A stretch of 64,000 nt of DNA from Macrostomum lignano (GCA_002269645.1 NIVC01000615.1:212781-276780); one strand, 5' to 3'. Numbered from the stretch's first letter, positions 52,057-64,000 are shown. Program-made: numbers and translations. Notes: generated by a model not told the origin, from the sequence alone.

Positions 52057-52848
52057 TTATTCCACTAATTTCTATGCTAAAATATTTTAGCTTTTAACCT
52101 ATATCTATTAATAAAAAAACAAATATAGCTAGAACGGCCAAGGCTTTGCAAGGTTATTGATAAAGTTAGCTCTATGCCTTAAAATGTGCATTAGTGACAA
52201 AAACATTTTAGATTTTTGCTATTTTTTCTAGTTTCTTTAATTCTTTTTTTCCTATAGAAAAAATGGAGTATTTTAAGTTGTTTATTGTTTATTGGCTATT
52301 TAAGACAACAAAGCTAACTTATTCAAAAAATATAAAAATAAGAATTTTGTCAGAATTTCAATTATATCTAAATAAAGATGATGAATAAGAAATAGAAAAA
52401 AAGTTTATTATATTGGCTTTGCATTTTATAATGACTTCTTATGTTAACATAAGCCTTTTTGACTGTTCTCTCCTTTTCTTTTCCTTTTTGTCTGCCCTCT
52501 CCTTTTGCTTTTCTATGCCCCCTTTTCTCTCCTCTCCCCTTTCTCTTCCCCTCCTCCCTCTTCTTCCCCTATCTTCTCTTCTCCTTCTTTCTTTGTGTTC
52601 TTTCCTCTTTGCCATCTCTCTCCTCAAATATCTCTTTTTATAATGTTTGAGTGATTCAAGTAATAAAATCTGCAATTCTTGCTGAGATATTCTGTGAGAG
52701 CAATGGCTTGCTTATCAATGGGTTTTCAATAAGCCTCATTTGCCTTCTTCTAATCTGATCTCATTGTGGACATTGCATTAAAAATCTTTGTTGCTTAGAA
52801 ACTGGCAATATTCATTTATCAAAAAAGCTTCCCTTATATTAAAATTTT

Positions 52849-52939
52849 AAATGGGAGGGAGGCTAAAGTTAAGATAATTTTCACTTTTAAAAGTGAAAAC
52901 AAAGTGAAAATTATCTTAACTTTAGCCTCCCTCCCATTT
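52849..52939. repeat. Perfect 39-bp inverted repeat with a 13-nt loop and a nested 22-bp palindrome
   Basis: AAATGGGAGGGAGGCTAAAGTTAAGATAATTTTCACTTT (52849-52887) and its exact reverse complement (52901-52939). Confidence 0.95.
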
Positions 52940-53670
52940 TAACCCCAAAGAGCATGTAGTATTAAAATTTTCTGTCTGTTGCTTGAGTCCCCAATTCTAA
53001 GGGTTTAAGAGCTCGTCTCTCATTGAAAGTGAAAACACTATCTTAAATTTAGCCTCTACTTTCCAAACCCTATCCTAGTTCCTAACTCTAGGGACTAAAA
53101 GCTCCCATTAAAAGTGAAAATATTCACCTTTTAGCCCCTACCACCCAACCACAAGGGGGACATGACATTGAAAATCTCCATTGCTTGAGTTCTAAATCCT
53201 AGAGATTAAGAGTTCCCCTTACTTGGAAACTGGCAATATTCATTTATTTCTACTATCCTACTCCCATCAACTGAACAGCTTCAATGGTCTTTTAAGTGTC
53301 AGTTGAGTGGTATTTCTAGATATGGGAAATATGTGTTCTTTTAACTGTATACATATGCTTTGCCAAAAACTTCTAAAAAGTATCCATAACTTTTTATAGC
53401 CATATCTGTAGCTAAAGTGGAATTCTAATTCTACCTATGTAGTTGCATTGCGAAGTTATTCATTTTCATTATTTATTAATTCATTCTTAGAGTTAAATTA
53501 ACGAAGCTGTATGCTTACCTCATCTTCAACATTGCTAAGCACTACAAGCTGTTTTTCTATTATACTTAATTTTCATTGTTCTAAGTGAATATTAATTTAG
53601 ATTTTTACTAACAGTAAGAATTAAATAGGATCCTATTCTGTAACAATTTATTAAAATATCTGTTTTGCAG

Positions 53671-56600
53671 CCGCCGCTAGCAAGTACGCAGGCCCTTCGT
53701 AGGCACCCAACAATGCACACAGCAGCAGCGGTTGCTTCAGCCGCCTCTGTTACTGCTGAGGCCATGCCAGCTGCTAGCGGTTCTCCATTATCTAGCGAGC
53801 AGTGGCCTAGTAGTTACCAGGGTAACCATAGCAACAGCGGCAGCAGTTCCCCAGCCTCCATCAGCCTGCTGCACCAGCAGTCTCGCAAGCGCCGTCGCAC
53901 CGGCGGCCCGCTATCGTCGCCAACAGCTAGTAATCATAATTCAAAGCTGCCATTTCATCTGCCACCGATGGTAAAGAAAGAGAAATCGATCAGTCTAGTT
54001 GCCATGGAGACGGCTAGTACAAGCGAGTCTGTGTCGGATGCTTCTATGCCGAATGGCAGCGGCGCAGACCAGAGCAGTCACGCCGGCGCCAACGGCAAAG
54101 AGCTGTTTGTACTGTCGCTGGCTGTGATTCTGTCGCTAACTGGAGGCGGCGGCCAAGCACCCTGGGATGAGTTCTCCGCTGCTAGCCAGCCGTTGCCAGG
54201 CGTTGCCAAGGACGCCGCTATGCTGCCGCAGCTGCCTCATGACCTGGCTCTAATTGGCGGCCTAAGCAGCAAATCCGACCGCATCTCCGATTGGCTGGCC
54301 GCTAATCCTCTGGCTCTGCGTCAGCAGCAGGCGGCTTATCCCAGCACCATTGTGGGCTGGTCGCCGTCAACTTCGACTAACTCAATGTGGAACGATCAGG
54401 ACACGGTTGCTTTGGCATTCTATCAACAGCCGGATTCGAAAGATTTAATGCTAGGAGGCGGTGCAGCTGCCGGAGTGTCTGTGCTACCGAAACCGCTGGC
54501 TACTATGAGTAGTAGTAGCAACGGCAGTCAGAGTCCGCCGCAATCGACCACATCTTCATCTCTGTGGTGGCAGGCTGGTTTAGAATCCGACGCTAACAAT
54601 AGAGACGAGCATCTGAGCGAGTCGGAGTTGCAAATCAATGCCGAATTGGATCAGCTGTTTCCGCTCGGCGAGTTGGATCAGCTAGGATTTGATCCCGATA
54701 GTTTTATGGGATTGTTGAACGAACCTGCCGTTGACTTTTCGGGCGCGGCTGGAACGGACAGCGAAGGTCAAATGATGTCAGCAATGCTGATGCCGCCAAA
54801 GTCTGAGGACGGCGACCAATCGGAAGGATTTAAAACTGAGGAGTGTGTAAGTTGGTTTGGGGTGCCACTTTTAGGGTAGGGGCCATATATGGGGCTTTGA
54901 GAGTCCCTTTTTATGGACCATATGGAGCTTTCAGAGTCCCTTTTTATGGACCATATGGAGCTTTCAGAGTCCCTTTTTATGGACCATATGGGGCTTTCAG
55001 AGTCCCTTTTTATGGACCATATGGGGCTTTCAGAGTCCCTTTTTATGGACCATATGGAGCTTTCAGAGTCCCTTTTTATGGACCATATGGAGCTTTCAGA
55101 GTCCCTTTTTATGGACCATATGGAGCTTTCAGAGTCCCTTTTTATGGACCATATGGGGCTTTCAGAGTCCCTTTTTATGGACCATATGGAGCTTTCAGAG
55201 TCCCTTTTTATGGACCATATGGAGCTTTCAGAGTCCCTTTTTATGGACCATATGGGGCTTTCAGAGTCCCTTTTTATGGACGATATGGGGCTTTCAGAGT
55301 CCCTTTTTATGGACCATATGGAGCTTTCAGAGTCCCTTTTTATGGACCATATGGGGCTTTCAGAGTCCCTTTTTATGGACCATATGGGGCTTTCAGAGTC
55401 CCTTTTTATGGACCATATGGGGCTTTCAGAGTCCCTGATGTACCAGCGGCCCAGGCTCGATTCCAAGTGCAGTCACATTAATTTGGGGGCTAAATTGTAC
55501 GAGCGTAATCTCAGCCCCAAGAGTCGTTCCAGACGCGTTGCAGATGACACAGGTCAAATAGGAAAAAAGTGATTCTAAACGACTCTAAAAAAACGAGATG
55601 TCCCGGTTCGAGTCGCCAAAGAGTCGCAGAAGAAGCGCTTCAGCTTCACTGTGAAAATCTTTAGTGCATCAGCAGTCTTTTTAAGGCCGGTAACGCGTCC
55701 AGAGCGCCCCAGAAGTGACGCACTAACGAGTCTACAGTGACGCTAAAGCGCTTCTTCTGCCACTTTTTAGCGACTGCAGAATGCAGACTGCAAATGCGCT
55801 TTGAACACAACTCAGTGACTCTGATAATGCGACTTTTGAACGCTTTAAATACGACCTTACGGTCCCAGAATTGTTTCAGAGTCGCAGACAATAAAACGCT
55901 TCAAATTGATTCTGGGGCGACTTAGGGGAGTCGGCCGAATGGGCAGTAATACCTCTCGCCGGTTGTGCGACAATGCCGACAATGCACACAGCATCCTGCC
56001 TATAATAAAACTTACACACCTGTAAACAATATTCATTTTTTCAGGCTGGCCTACGCGCTATGCTTCACAATCACACCTACGCCGCTTCGGCTGACGCTGC
56101 TGCGCCTTGGCAACCGTTGCTAGGCAACAGCGACGCCGCTGAGGACGACAGTAAATCCGGTATTTACATGGCCGAAGCGCCTCGGCTGCTGCAGCAACAA
56201 GTCGACTATCAGGATTACGAAGATTACGAGGACAACTACGACTCTAGAGACATGCGCTCGGCCATGTACCGGAACAAAGACCCGGCTAGGCTAGTGGCGG
56301 CAGGAGTCAAGCTAACCTATAACGAGGTTGTCACCTGTAGTCATCAGAAATTTCTAGCCCTGCTGCAGTGCTACAATCGCAAGCAGCAGGCCGTACTGCA
56401 GGAGGTGCGCAAACGCGGCAAAAATCGTTTAGCCGCGTCGAAATGCCGACAGAAGAAATCGGATCGAGTCGGTCGAGTTCGGGAAGAGCTCAGCGAGCTT
56501 GGCCAGCGCACTAACAGGCTGGCTGCTCAAACTGAAGCTGCTCAAGCTGAGGAGAGGCGCTTGCGCGACAAGTACATGCAGCTGTACCTGACCGCCTTTG

Positions 56601-56704
56601 GCAGGCTGAGGGACGCTGAGAATCGGCCGCTGGATCCCAGGGTGCACCGGCTGCAACACGGCCTGGATGGATCCGTGATTCTGGTTGCTAGGGACGCTGC
56701 TTAG
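53671..56704 (+). CDS. CNC-family (Nrf/NFE2/cap'n'collar-like) bZIP transcription factor; exons 53671-54846 and 56045-56704; possible further 5' exon(s)
   Basis: The phase-0 join EEC|AGLRAM uses canonical GT-AG. A CNC-like region (AAGVKLTYNEVVTCSHQKFLALL..QQAVLQEVR) precedes the basic region RKRGKNRLAASKCRQKK and a heptad zipper. The C-terminal LQHGLDGSVILV matches the CNC 'L....DG.V.LV' tail. The N-terminal region is long and S/acidic-rich. Confidence 0.85.
54885..55436. repeat. 33-bp minisatellite (GGACCATATGGAGCTTTCAGAGTCCCTTTTTAT)n in the bZIP intron
   Basis: About 16 copies. The three ~220-aa ORFs here are its translations. Confidence 0.97.
55440..55925. mobile_element. Possible palindromic MITE-like insertion in the bZIP intron
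   Basis: Internal imperfect inverted repeats (GCAGAAGAAGCGCTTCAGCTTCACTGT / ACAGTGACGCTAAAGCGCTTCTTCTGC) and dispersed GAGTCG/CGACTC motifs. Ends and TSD were not resolved. Confidence 0.4.
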
Positions 56705-57310
56705 ACTGGGAAAACGCTTCTATGAATATGCTTTTGCGAACTTGATTGACTGGTTGCTAAGGTGCGCTAAATGAACTCTTTAGTTGCTGTCCGGTTGCCA
56801 GAGACGCTTTTTCAGCTGCGGTTCTAGACACGCTTCTTTTGTGGTTGCTAGGGACACGCAAGCTATGCCACAATGCAGTCTGGTTGCTAGGGACACGAAA
56901 TCTGTACCCCAATGCAATGGTTGCTAGGGACACGCAAGCTATACCCCAATGCAGTCTGGTTGCTAGGGACTGAAACCTGTACCCCAATGCAGTATGGTTG
57001 CTAGGGACACAACCTGTCCCCCAGTGCAGTATGGTTGCTAGGGACACAACCTACCCCCCCCGTGCAGTATGGTTGCTAGGGACACAACCTGTCCCCCAGT
57101 GCAGTATGATTGCTAGGGAACAACCTGTACCCCAGTGCAGTATGATTGCTAGGGAACAACCTGTATCCCAGTGCAGTATTGTTGCTAGGGCACAACCTGT
57201 ACCCCAGTGCAGTCTGGTTGCTAGGGCCAGAACCCAAACCCCAATTACCCCAATGCAGTCTGGTTGCTAGGGGCGCAACCTGTACCCCAATAGTCTGGTT
57301 GTTCGGGTTG
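56678..57310. repeat. ~36-38-bp minisatellite with core TGGTTGCTAGGGAC in the bZIP 3' UTR
   Basis: The first core copy lies inside the last codons of the CDS (L-V-A-R-D). Confidence 0.9.
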
Positions 57311-59361
57311 CAATAGAATTGTGGTGCGGTTGCTATGGAAACAATTAATATTATTGATATCAACCCTCGTAATTGTCTTCGCCGTTTGGTGGTCCAATTT
57401 TAATACAACAGTTTTATTTTCTATAACTAAGCATGAAATTTAGTTTTGGTCAGTGTACTATTAAAACGGCCCTTTTCGTGGCTGTCAGTTTTTTTGTCTC
57501 GCACTCTTGAATACAAAAACAGGAGCGTACATCAAATGCTTACTTGAAGTAGCATCGCTGGTAAAGAAAAATAATATATACTCTTACAAAAATTGTTTAT
57601 TTCAGTTTTATTGAATAATTCTTTATTTAGGCTAAGTAGCTAAGTAGTATAATCACAGTAGTAGTATGAGCTGTTTTTGAATTTTAGTACACACGGTTAC
57701 ATCTTACCCAAGTGTGATGTGCTGGCTTTGCTCTCCGCTTTCTCCTGTTATTCTGCTTTTTTGATTTAGTTAGACGCTCGATCTGTTTAAATATGACTCC
57801 AGTTTTTTGTTTAAACAAGCTTAAATAGTCTTACTCTGCACTCCTATTGTTGATCGTTGTATATTCAGTAAAGTTGAAAGTAAAATTGATAAAAATATCC
57901 AAATGAAAAAGCCATAAATCAAAATAAGACAGGGTAACGAGTGTTTGTGTATGTGTGAATAAAAAATCGCTTGCTTTGTATTATTTTTATATTTTAGTTT
58001 CCATTCTGTTTTTGTCGGTTTTGGGTTTTTTCAAAGGGTCCTTTTTAGGGTCAATTATGATATTTTAATGCTAGTTTAAAGTGCAAAAATGATTGTTATT
58101 AATTGAAAAAGTAGTGTAAATTTTGCTTGATGGTCAGTGTACTGTTAAAACGGCCCTTCTGAGGGCTGTTCCAGTTTGTTTTGCATTCGATGGCAGAACA
58201 GGAACTTTAGCAACTGCATAAAACCAGACACAATGAATTCGTTCTGTTTTTGTCTACTTTGAAGCACTTTAACCTGTAAATAGCTGTCATCCTTGTTTCC
58301 TATTTATTAACTTTTTAAAATATCTTTGTTGTGCTTGCATCTGTCTATTTCTCTTTTTAAATTGTCAAGCTTTTTTTCTACTCTTAGTAGTCTATCCCGG
58401 GGTTTTTTTAGCGATTGAGAGTGTCTCTGTTAATTTAATCTAAATGTTTATAGTATATAGGTTGCTTTCAGTTAATGTTTTATTAGAATCACACCTTATA
58501 TTGTATTATATTGTTAATTTTAGGCTGTGAAATTTTCCGTTGGCAAATATTTTATTATTGTGTCCTCAGCTTGTTGTTCGCTTGCTTTGTTTAAAAAATA
58601 AAAACTTTATTATTGAGTAGTAGAGTTAGTTTATATTTCTTTGCATTATTATCTTGGTGGTGTGTTCATTTTGTTTCCTCGGTTGCGGATTCTAAATGCA
58701 AATTGCCGATATGAAAAATAAATAATAAAATGCAAAATTATTTAATATTTTTTTATTTCCCTCGATATCCTACTGATCAGTAGTGTGAGTCGGTTTTATT
58801 CGCTTTAATCTAAGTGTTCACCAGTAGTAATTTATTGTTTATTTATCTATTAATTTTTAATCGGTTGTTTACTTGTCCACCCTTAAGCATTTGTTGTACC
58901 AATATATTTAAAGTGAGTGAATATATTGGCTGCCTGTTGTCCCTCTCTATCCTATGCGTGCTTCTAATTCTAACCCACTACCTTGCTAATTAACATTTTA
59001 CTATATAAAAGTGTCTTGCGAGCAGTTAACTTGAATAAAAATAAAAAATAAAAAAACTTCAAATTTTTGTCGCGTGCGTTCTGTTTACTACTACCTAATT
59101 ACAAGAACTAGTAGTGATTCCTGTCTTTTTCGCTTTTTATTTTTAATTTAAAAAATCCTGTAGCACTAAAATACGAACCAAAATATTCGGCCCATTCCGA
59201 CGTATTTTCTCTGTGCCTTTGAAGTTAGCCCTCATCATGACTGTGAATTGCAGGACAAGTAGGTCAAAAGTTACTAACTGCAAAGCCAATAATTTTGAAA
59301 TCTTAACTTCAAGCGATATTTATTTTCTTTCAGGTAAGATTTTTAAATTTTTAGAAAGTCT

Positions 59362-62266
59362 TTATCCACTTGACATTTTTGCGATTCTGCAAACTTTATT
59401 TTCGACTTCCTCGATGTTCTCAGCGAACCAGGCTTTGATCCTCGGTAGGCTCTCTATCCTCCACTTGGCGTTGATGAGCACTTTCTCAAGAGACTGAGCC
59501 AGCGCGCGACCGAACTTCTTCAGATTTTCCTTGTTTTGCTTTTTGAAATTCAAGATCTCCGTGTAGTGCTCCAAATCGCTGAAAATGCCCAGGTAGCTTA
59601 TGACATCAGACTGCATCAGTGGACTTGGAATTTTACTGTTTACATTCGTCCAATTCTTCTGCAAGTGGTTCCAGAAAGTCTGTAATCCATTAGGATTCTT
59701 GGCCATGCTTTCAAGCGCAAAGGCCATTTCCTGCATTCGAAAATGGCTGTCATTAGCTGGATGTTGGAGGTAATGCTCAAGAATCGATGGCTTGCTAGAG
59801 CAGGCAAGACCTGGGATGATGTCGATCTTAGTGCCTAGGTGAGAAACGGTCTTGCTGAGTGAGTCCCACTCCTGAGAACTCCCTTCAGCCCCCTCGCAGA
59901 GAACAGCTGGTCTAAAATCAGGATTGATCAGCGACCGAAACCCGGAATTCTCGTATTCTCTGAACTTCGCTTTCGCGGCATCTTTGCAGCTCGCCAATCC
60001 GTATTTGTACGCCGACGAAGTGATAAGCTCTCGCTTCAGCTTAGTCAGGTGGGTGTCCGTGTCTTTGTTTTCAAGCCCGACATCGTTGAAGGCTCCCTCG
60101 AGTAGATCTCGCATGTACGCATTCAGCGGTCCGTACTCAGAAGGCCGTGACTGCAGCATCGAGCGCAGGTAGCCAATCTTCGATAGAGCGGCCGACCACG
60201 GTGCTAAGTGCGTCTCCCTCTTCAGGTACTTGGTCATGTTGAGCGGAATGCTGTAGTCCAGATAGCCGGCACTGGCCAGAGCGAAGCTGTCATCGAGCAG
60301 ACGAGCCCTGTCCTGCGGACTGAACACCGTGTGATTCGAGACCAGCTGATCGATGAGCCGCTTCCAGTTGTCCAAGTCGTAGTTCACTCTGTAGAAGCCG
60401 GACGAGCGAAGGTTGAGCAGATACCAGTCGTCAGCAGAGTTGTCGAGTTCGAAGGACTGCTCCTTCTCGGTCATCCAGTTCACAAAGCCCGACACGTCCT
60501 CAGGAGTTCCCGAGGTGAGGTTCCGCTTGGTTCCCATGGTGACAGGGATGATCCACGTGTAGTTGTAGTCGCTCAGGTAGCTCGGAACTTGACTGGCATT
60601 CCAGAGAAAGTGGTTCTGCGTCAGTGTGAGACGTCCAGTCGCAGTGACGAAACAGTTGAGCACGGGGTAGCCATCTGCTTGATCCAGCGATCCATCACTG
60701 AGCCGACGTCGAGAGACTTGTTTGTGGACTCGGAGTACTGCCGGGTCAGACTGTCATAGAGAGCGGTGTGGAATGTGTTTCCGTAGCTGTTCTGACGCAG
60801 GTAGTTTCCGACACCTTTGCGGAAGACCTCGTCACCAACGAACCCGTGAAGCATGCGGAGAATCATTCCACCTTTAAAGTAAGTGATTGAGTCGAAGTTT
60901 TGGTAGATATTTATCAGTTGCTTGACTTCGAAGAAAATCGGATGACTGTTAGCCAGCGAATCTGTTTCCAGCGTCTTCAGCTTATAAGTCGCAACAAACT
61001 GAGCATCAAAATCCCAATCCGGTCGAATGTTGTTCACGCCAATGGTTAGCGCGAAACTAGCAAATCCTTCGTTCAGCCACAGGTCGTCCCACCATTGAGG
61101 AGTGACTAAGTTTCCAAACCACATGTGAGCGACCTCGTGACTGACAAGAAGTCCACTAAACTGGTAGTTGAAGGCCCTATCTTTTCGGTTGTCAATGGCA
61201 ACGTAACTTTCACGATAGACAACTAGACCCCAGTTTTCCATGCCCCTTGAAGGAAAATCAGGAACAGCAATTTGGTCTATTTTTTTCAGCGGAAATCGAA
61301 CATCAAAGTAGGATTCGAAGAACAGAGTTAGATTCTTTAGCGCGTCCTGTGAAAAGTTCATTATGTTTAGAAGCTCTGGTCTCACATAAGTGCGGTACGT
61401 TCGCATCTGAGAATCCGTGTCTTCAATGTATTCGAACTGAGAAACAACGAACGCAAGAATGTACGTGGACATGATGGGAGTGGTCTCAAAGTCTCCCTTC
61501 TCTACCTGATCCGAGTCGCTCATCTCGCTGAACCAATTGCTGGCCCTGGCTTTGGTGACTCGTTTCGATGGCATGTTGCTGAGCGCAGTGAAACCCTTCT
61601 CTCTGACAATGCTGATGTCAAACCTGGCCTTGAATGCGGGCTCGTCGAAACACGGAAACACCATCCTGGCGTGAGATACTTGAAGCTGGGACGTCGCTAG
61701 GTACTTTGTGGTTCTCTTCTCGGTGTACGAGCTCAGGTACTAGCCTCGCAAACCGGATCGAAGCGGAGATCTGAAGCGTGGGATCTCGATCACGATGTTG
61801 GTGCTGTTCGCTGGCAGCGGCGCACACAGGTCGATGCTGCACCACTGACTATCGCTGTCGTACACACAGTTGGCGATTGCGTAGTTTATGTCTAAGCAGC
61901 TGTCGTAGACCCGAAAATCCGCTGCGGTGAGTTTAATGTTCTCCGCCGAGTGCAGCTTGATGTTGCTAGTTGAGTCTTCGATGCTGAGTCTCACCTGCAT
62001 GGAGCCGATGAAGTAGAACTCCAAGGCATTGCTCCCGTAGATGTAGGGCGCCAGGGTGACTGCATAGTGCAGTGGCTTCACTCCGGTCGGCAGGCGGACG
62101 TTAGGCGGAGGTTGCCCCGCATTTTTTGCCTTGGTCTCATTGGTGCAGGATGTAGGTGCAGGAGTTGCTGGGTCGGAGCAGTGTCAGGCTGGCCATAAAC
62201 AGGTCCTTCTGCGAGCAATAGCAGCAGTGCTAGGGCCGTTAGCAAGCGTTGCTTTGGTGATTTCAT
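59362..62266 (-). pseudogene. Intronless M1-family aminopeptidase N-like gene with two frameshifts and one in-frame stop
   Basis: Signal peptide (MKSPKQRLLTALALLLLLAEG); RLPTGVKPLHY; GLRG*YLSSY (TAG at 61740-61742, in frame on both sides); FPCFDEPAFKARF; RGMENWG; HEVAHMWFGNLVTPQWWDDLWLNEGFA; YFKGGMILRML. WIKQM(G)YP is missing one G at ~60671. An ERAP1-like C-terminal domain follows. The first frameshift is at ~62170-62190. Confidence 0.88.
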
Positions 62267-63111
62267 TTCGAATGATTTTTTGTCTTCTTGTTTAGTCGCA
62301 GAATTGCTCTGTTGGTTCTAGCGAATTTATTCGTTCTTATTTTACTTGTACATGGGGATTTTGTAACGAACTGTATCATTTTATATCATTCTAGTCTGGA
62401 AGAAATCAAAAAAATCGTACGAAATTATTTTGTTTTTTTTTTAATATTTAGATCACTCCAGCTCCTGAATTGGTATTTATTGCATGCATTTGGATAAAAC
62501 ATATCAAAAATAATTAAATAAGTTTGAATAATTCTTAAGCTGAAAAATTTTGCTTAAAAAAAAATAGCTATCATGAAAATTTCAACGTTTCCAATTTATG
62601 AGGTTGAAGCTTTAGCCTGCAGGAATGGATATCTGCGGTAAAAACTCACTGAAAAAAGCATTAGCTAGGCGCAGAACAAGGACAACTAAAGCAACGTATA
62701 TACAGGACGCAACACTCACGTTTCATGGGAAAGGTTCTGAAGTTTCATGGGCCACTTTTGCCAAAAAAATGCACTAGCTATGGAGATAGAAAGTTTTGAT
62801 TTTTTCAGCACAAAAATTGTTTTTGCTTTCGACAGATCCAATGTTCATCGTTTGATATGTTAATTGTGCCTTTCTTATAGCTCTATTGATATTCATAAAG
62901 CTTTTTGTTCAAAAAATTAACTAGGATTATGTGTTAATTTTTTATTCACCGTATATGTACATTTCCTGTATCTAAAAATCATAAAAATGCATGGCAAAGC
63001 TCGAGTCTTTGGTTTTGTGAATCTATTTTATCATCTCTGTTACACACATTGTTACACAGTCAGCTAAGAATGGCAAATTAGATTCATAAAACCAATTAGC
63101 TGAGCCGTGTC

Positions 63112-64000
63112 ATTACTAACTAACTAACTACCGATGGGGGGCAGAGCGCTGCGATTAGGCCACGAGGCCCCTATCGCAACCCCAAGCTAAAATCAGAAAG
63201 GCGTTAGCCTTGGGGCTGCGCCCACCCCTCGCCGGCAGCAGAAGCGCTCGCAAGAGTGGCGGCGTCTGCGATCTTCATCCGCCAAGAATCTAGACCGAAT
63301 ACGCGCAGGTCACGGATCCGGTCCGGAGTGGTGAGCTCGTCCAGCCTTACCGGGTGACCGAGGTGACGCCTTCGCGCCTCGCTGAAGTGCGGGCAGAAAG
63401 TGACGTGGTGCGTCGAGGTTTCCTCCTCTAGATCACAGAATGGGCAGATAGGGGAGCAGCCACTTTGCAGTGAAATATGTCTCTGGAAGAAGCCATGGCC
63501 AGTAATGACCATGCACATCTCCCTCAGGTCAGTTTTACTTAAGGAGATTAAATATTCGGATACTTTCCGGTTTATGACAGGCATTGCGATTCATGTTTGC
63601 CGATATTCGGAGCAGCTGTCCCAGTGGACCTGGTGCTGGCGGTTCAGCCACTATTGAATGGCGCGATTGACTGATGACTTCGGAGAAGGTAATTTGACTG
63701 GGCGTTGCGCTCCACCGGGGTGCAAGCCCGTTTGGCGAGTTGATCTACCAGCTTATTGCCGAGGAGTTTGCTGTGACCTGGTGTTCAGATCACATTGATC
63801 CTGTTGAGAATCGCCAGGGTCTGCAAGCTTTGGAAGCAGTCTGAAACAAACTTGGTTGAGAGCTTGATGGAAGACAAGGCCTTAATAGCAGCCTGGCTGT
63901 CAGAGTAAAAATAAATGTCAAAGCTGCTGATGCCAGCTTTGTGCAAATTTGCTCAGCGCACTGGTTGATGGCTACAACTTCGGATTGAAAAACCGAGACA
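63112..64000 (-). mobile_element. 3' end of a decayed RNase H-encoding non-LTR retrotransposon (LOA/R1/I-group-like); continues past the right edge
   Basis: RNase H: IYFYSDSQAAIKAL..INVI*TPGHSKLLGNKLVDQLAK. C-terminal [23 protein letters not shown] (CX2CX8HX4C). Short (TAGT)n tail at ~63115-63131. Confidence 0.88.

Noticed and set aside
57450-58170. ~45-bp imperfect direct repeat (GGTCAGTGTACT.TTAAAACGGCCCTT) at ~57448 and ~58132
   Set aside because: Only two diverged copies in AT-rich intergenic DNA, with no LTR, PBS or coding features between them.
60208-60759. 183-aa plus-strand ORF and similar antisense ORFs over GC-rich exons and TEs
   Set aside because: They are shadows of the real coding strand and have no independent motifs.

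Overview
This is a repeat-rich eukaryotic (metazoan) genomic window with spliceosomal GT-AG introns. It contains no prokaryotic operons or CRISPR arrays. The kilobase-long micro/minisatellites, GC-rich exons and TE types suggest a free-living flatworm such as Macrostomum, which is an inference I cannot verify here. Genes I could assemble by hand: (1) three paralogues of an apparently secreted PAN/Apple-like + ALK/LTK-type glycine-rich-domain protein, one intact over three exons (9049-14897, -) and two damaged (3858-4780, -; ~38896-39990, +); (2) a complete 7-exon ABCG1/4-like half transporter (18708-32130, -, 735 aa) with a different tandem repeat in every long intron; (3) a single-BIR IAP-like ORF with a UBA-like segment and no RING; (4) a small 3-exon gene of unknown function that the ORF track fragments (36151-37702, -); (5) a decayed DUF4806-like gene; (6) a CNC-type bZIP factor (53671-56704, +); (7) an intronless M1 aminopeptidase N-like gene with two frameshifts and a nonsense codon (59362-62266, -). 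Mobile DNA: a decayed intronic Ty3/gypsy element with mismatched LTRs, a gypsy integrase relic, a tRNA-head CORE-type SINE, a 5'-inverted RTE-type LINE with a 9-bp TSD (twin-priming geometry), a foldback/MULE-like element with a 9-bp TSD, a second foldback with a TTAGGG spacer, and the 3' end of an RNase H-bearing LINE. Most long ORFs in the supplied track are translations of tandem repeats and are not genes.
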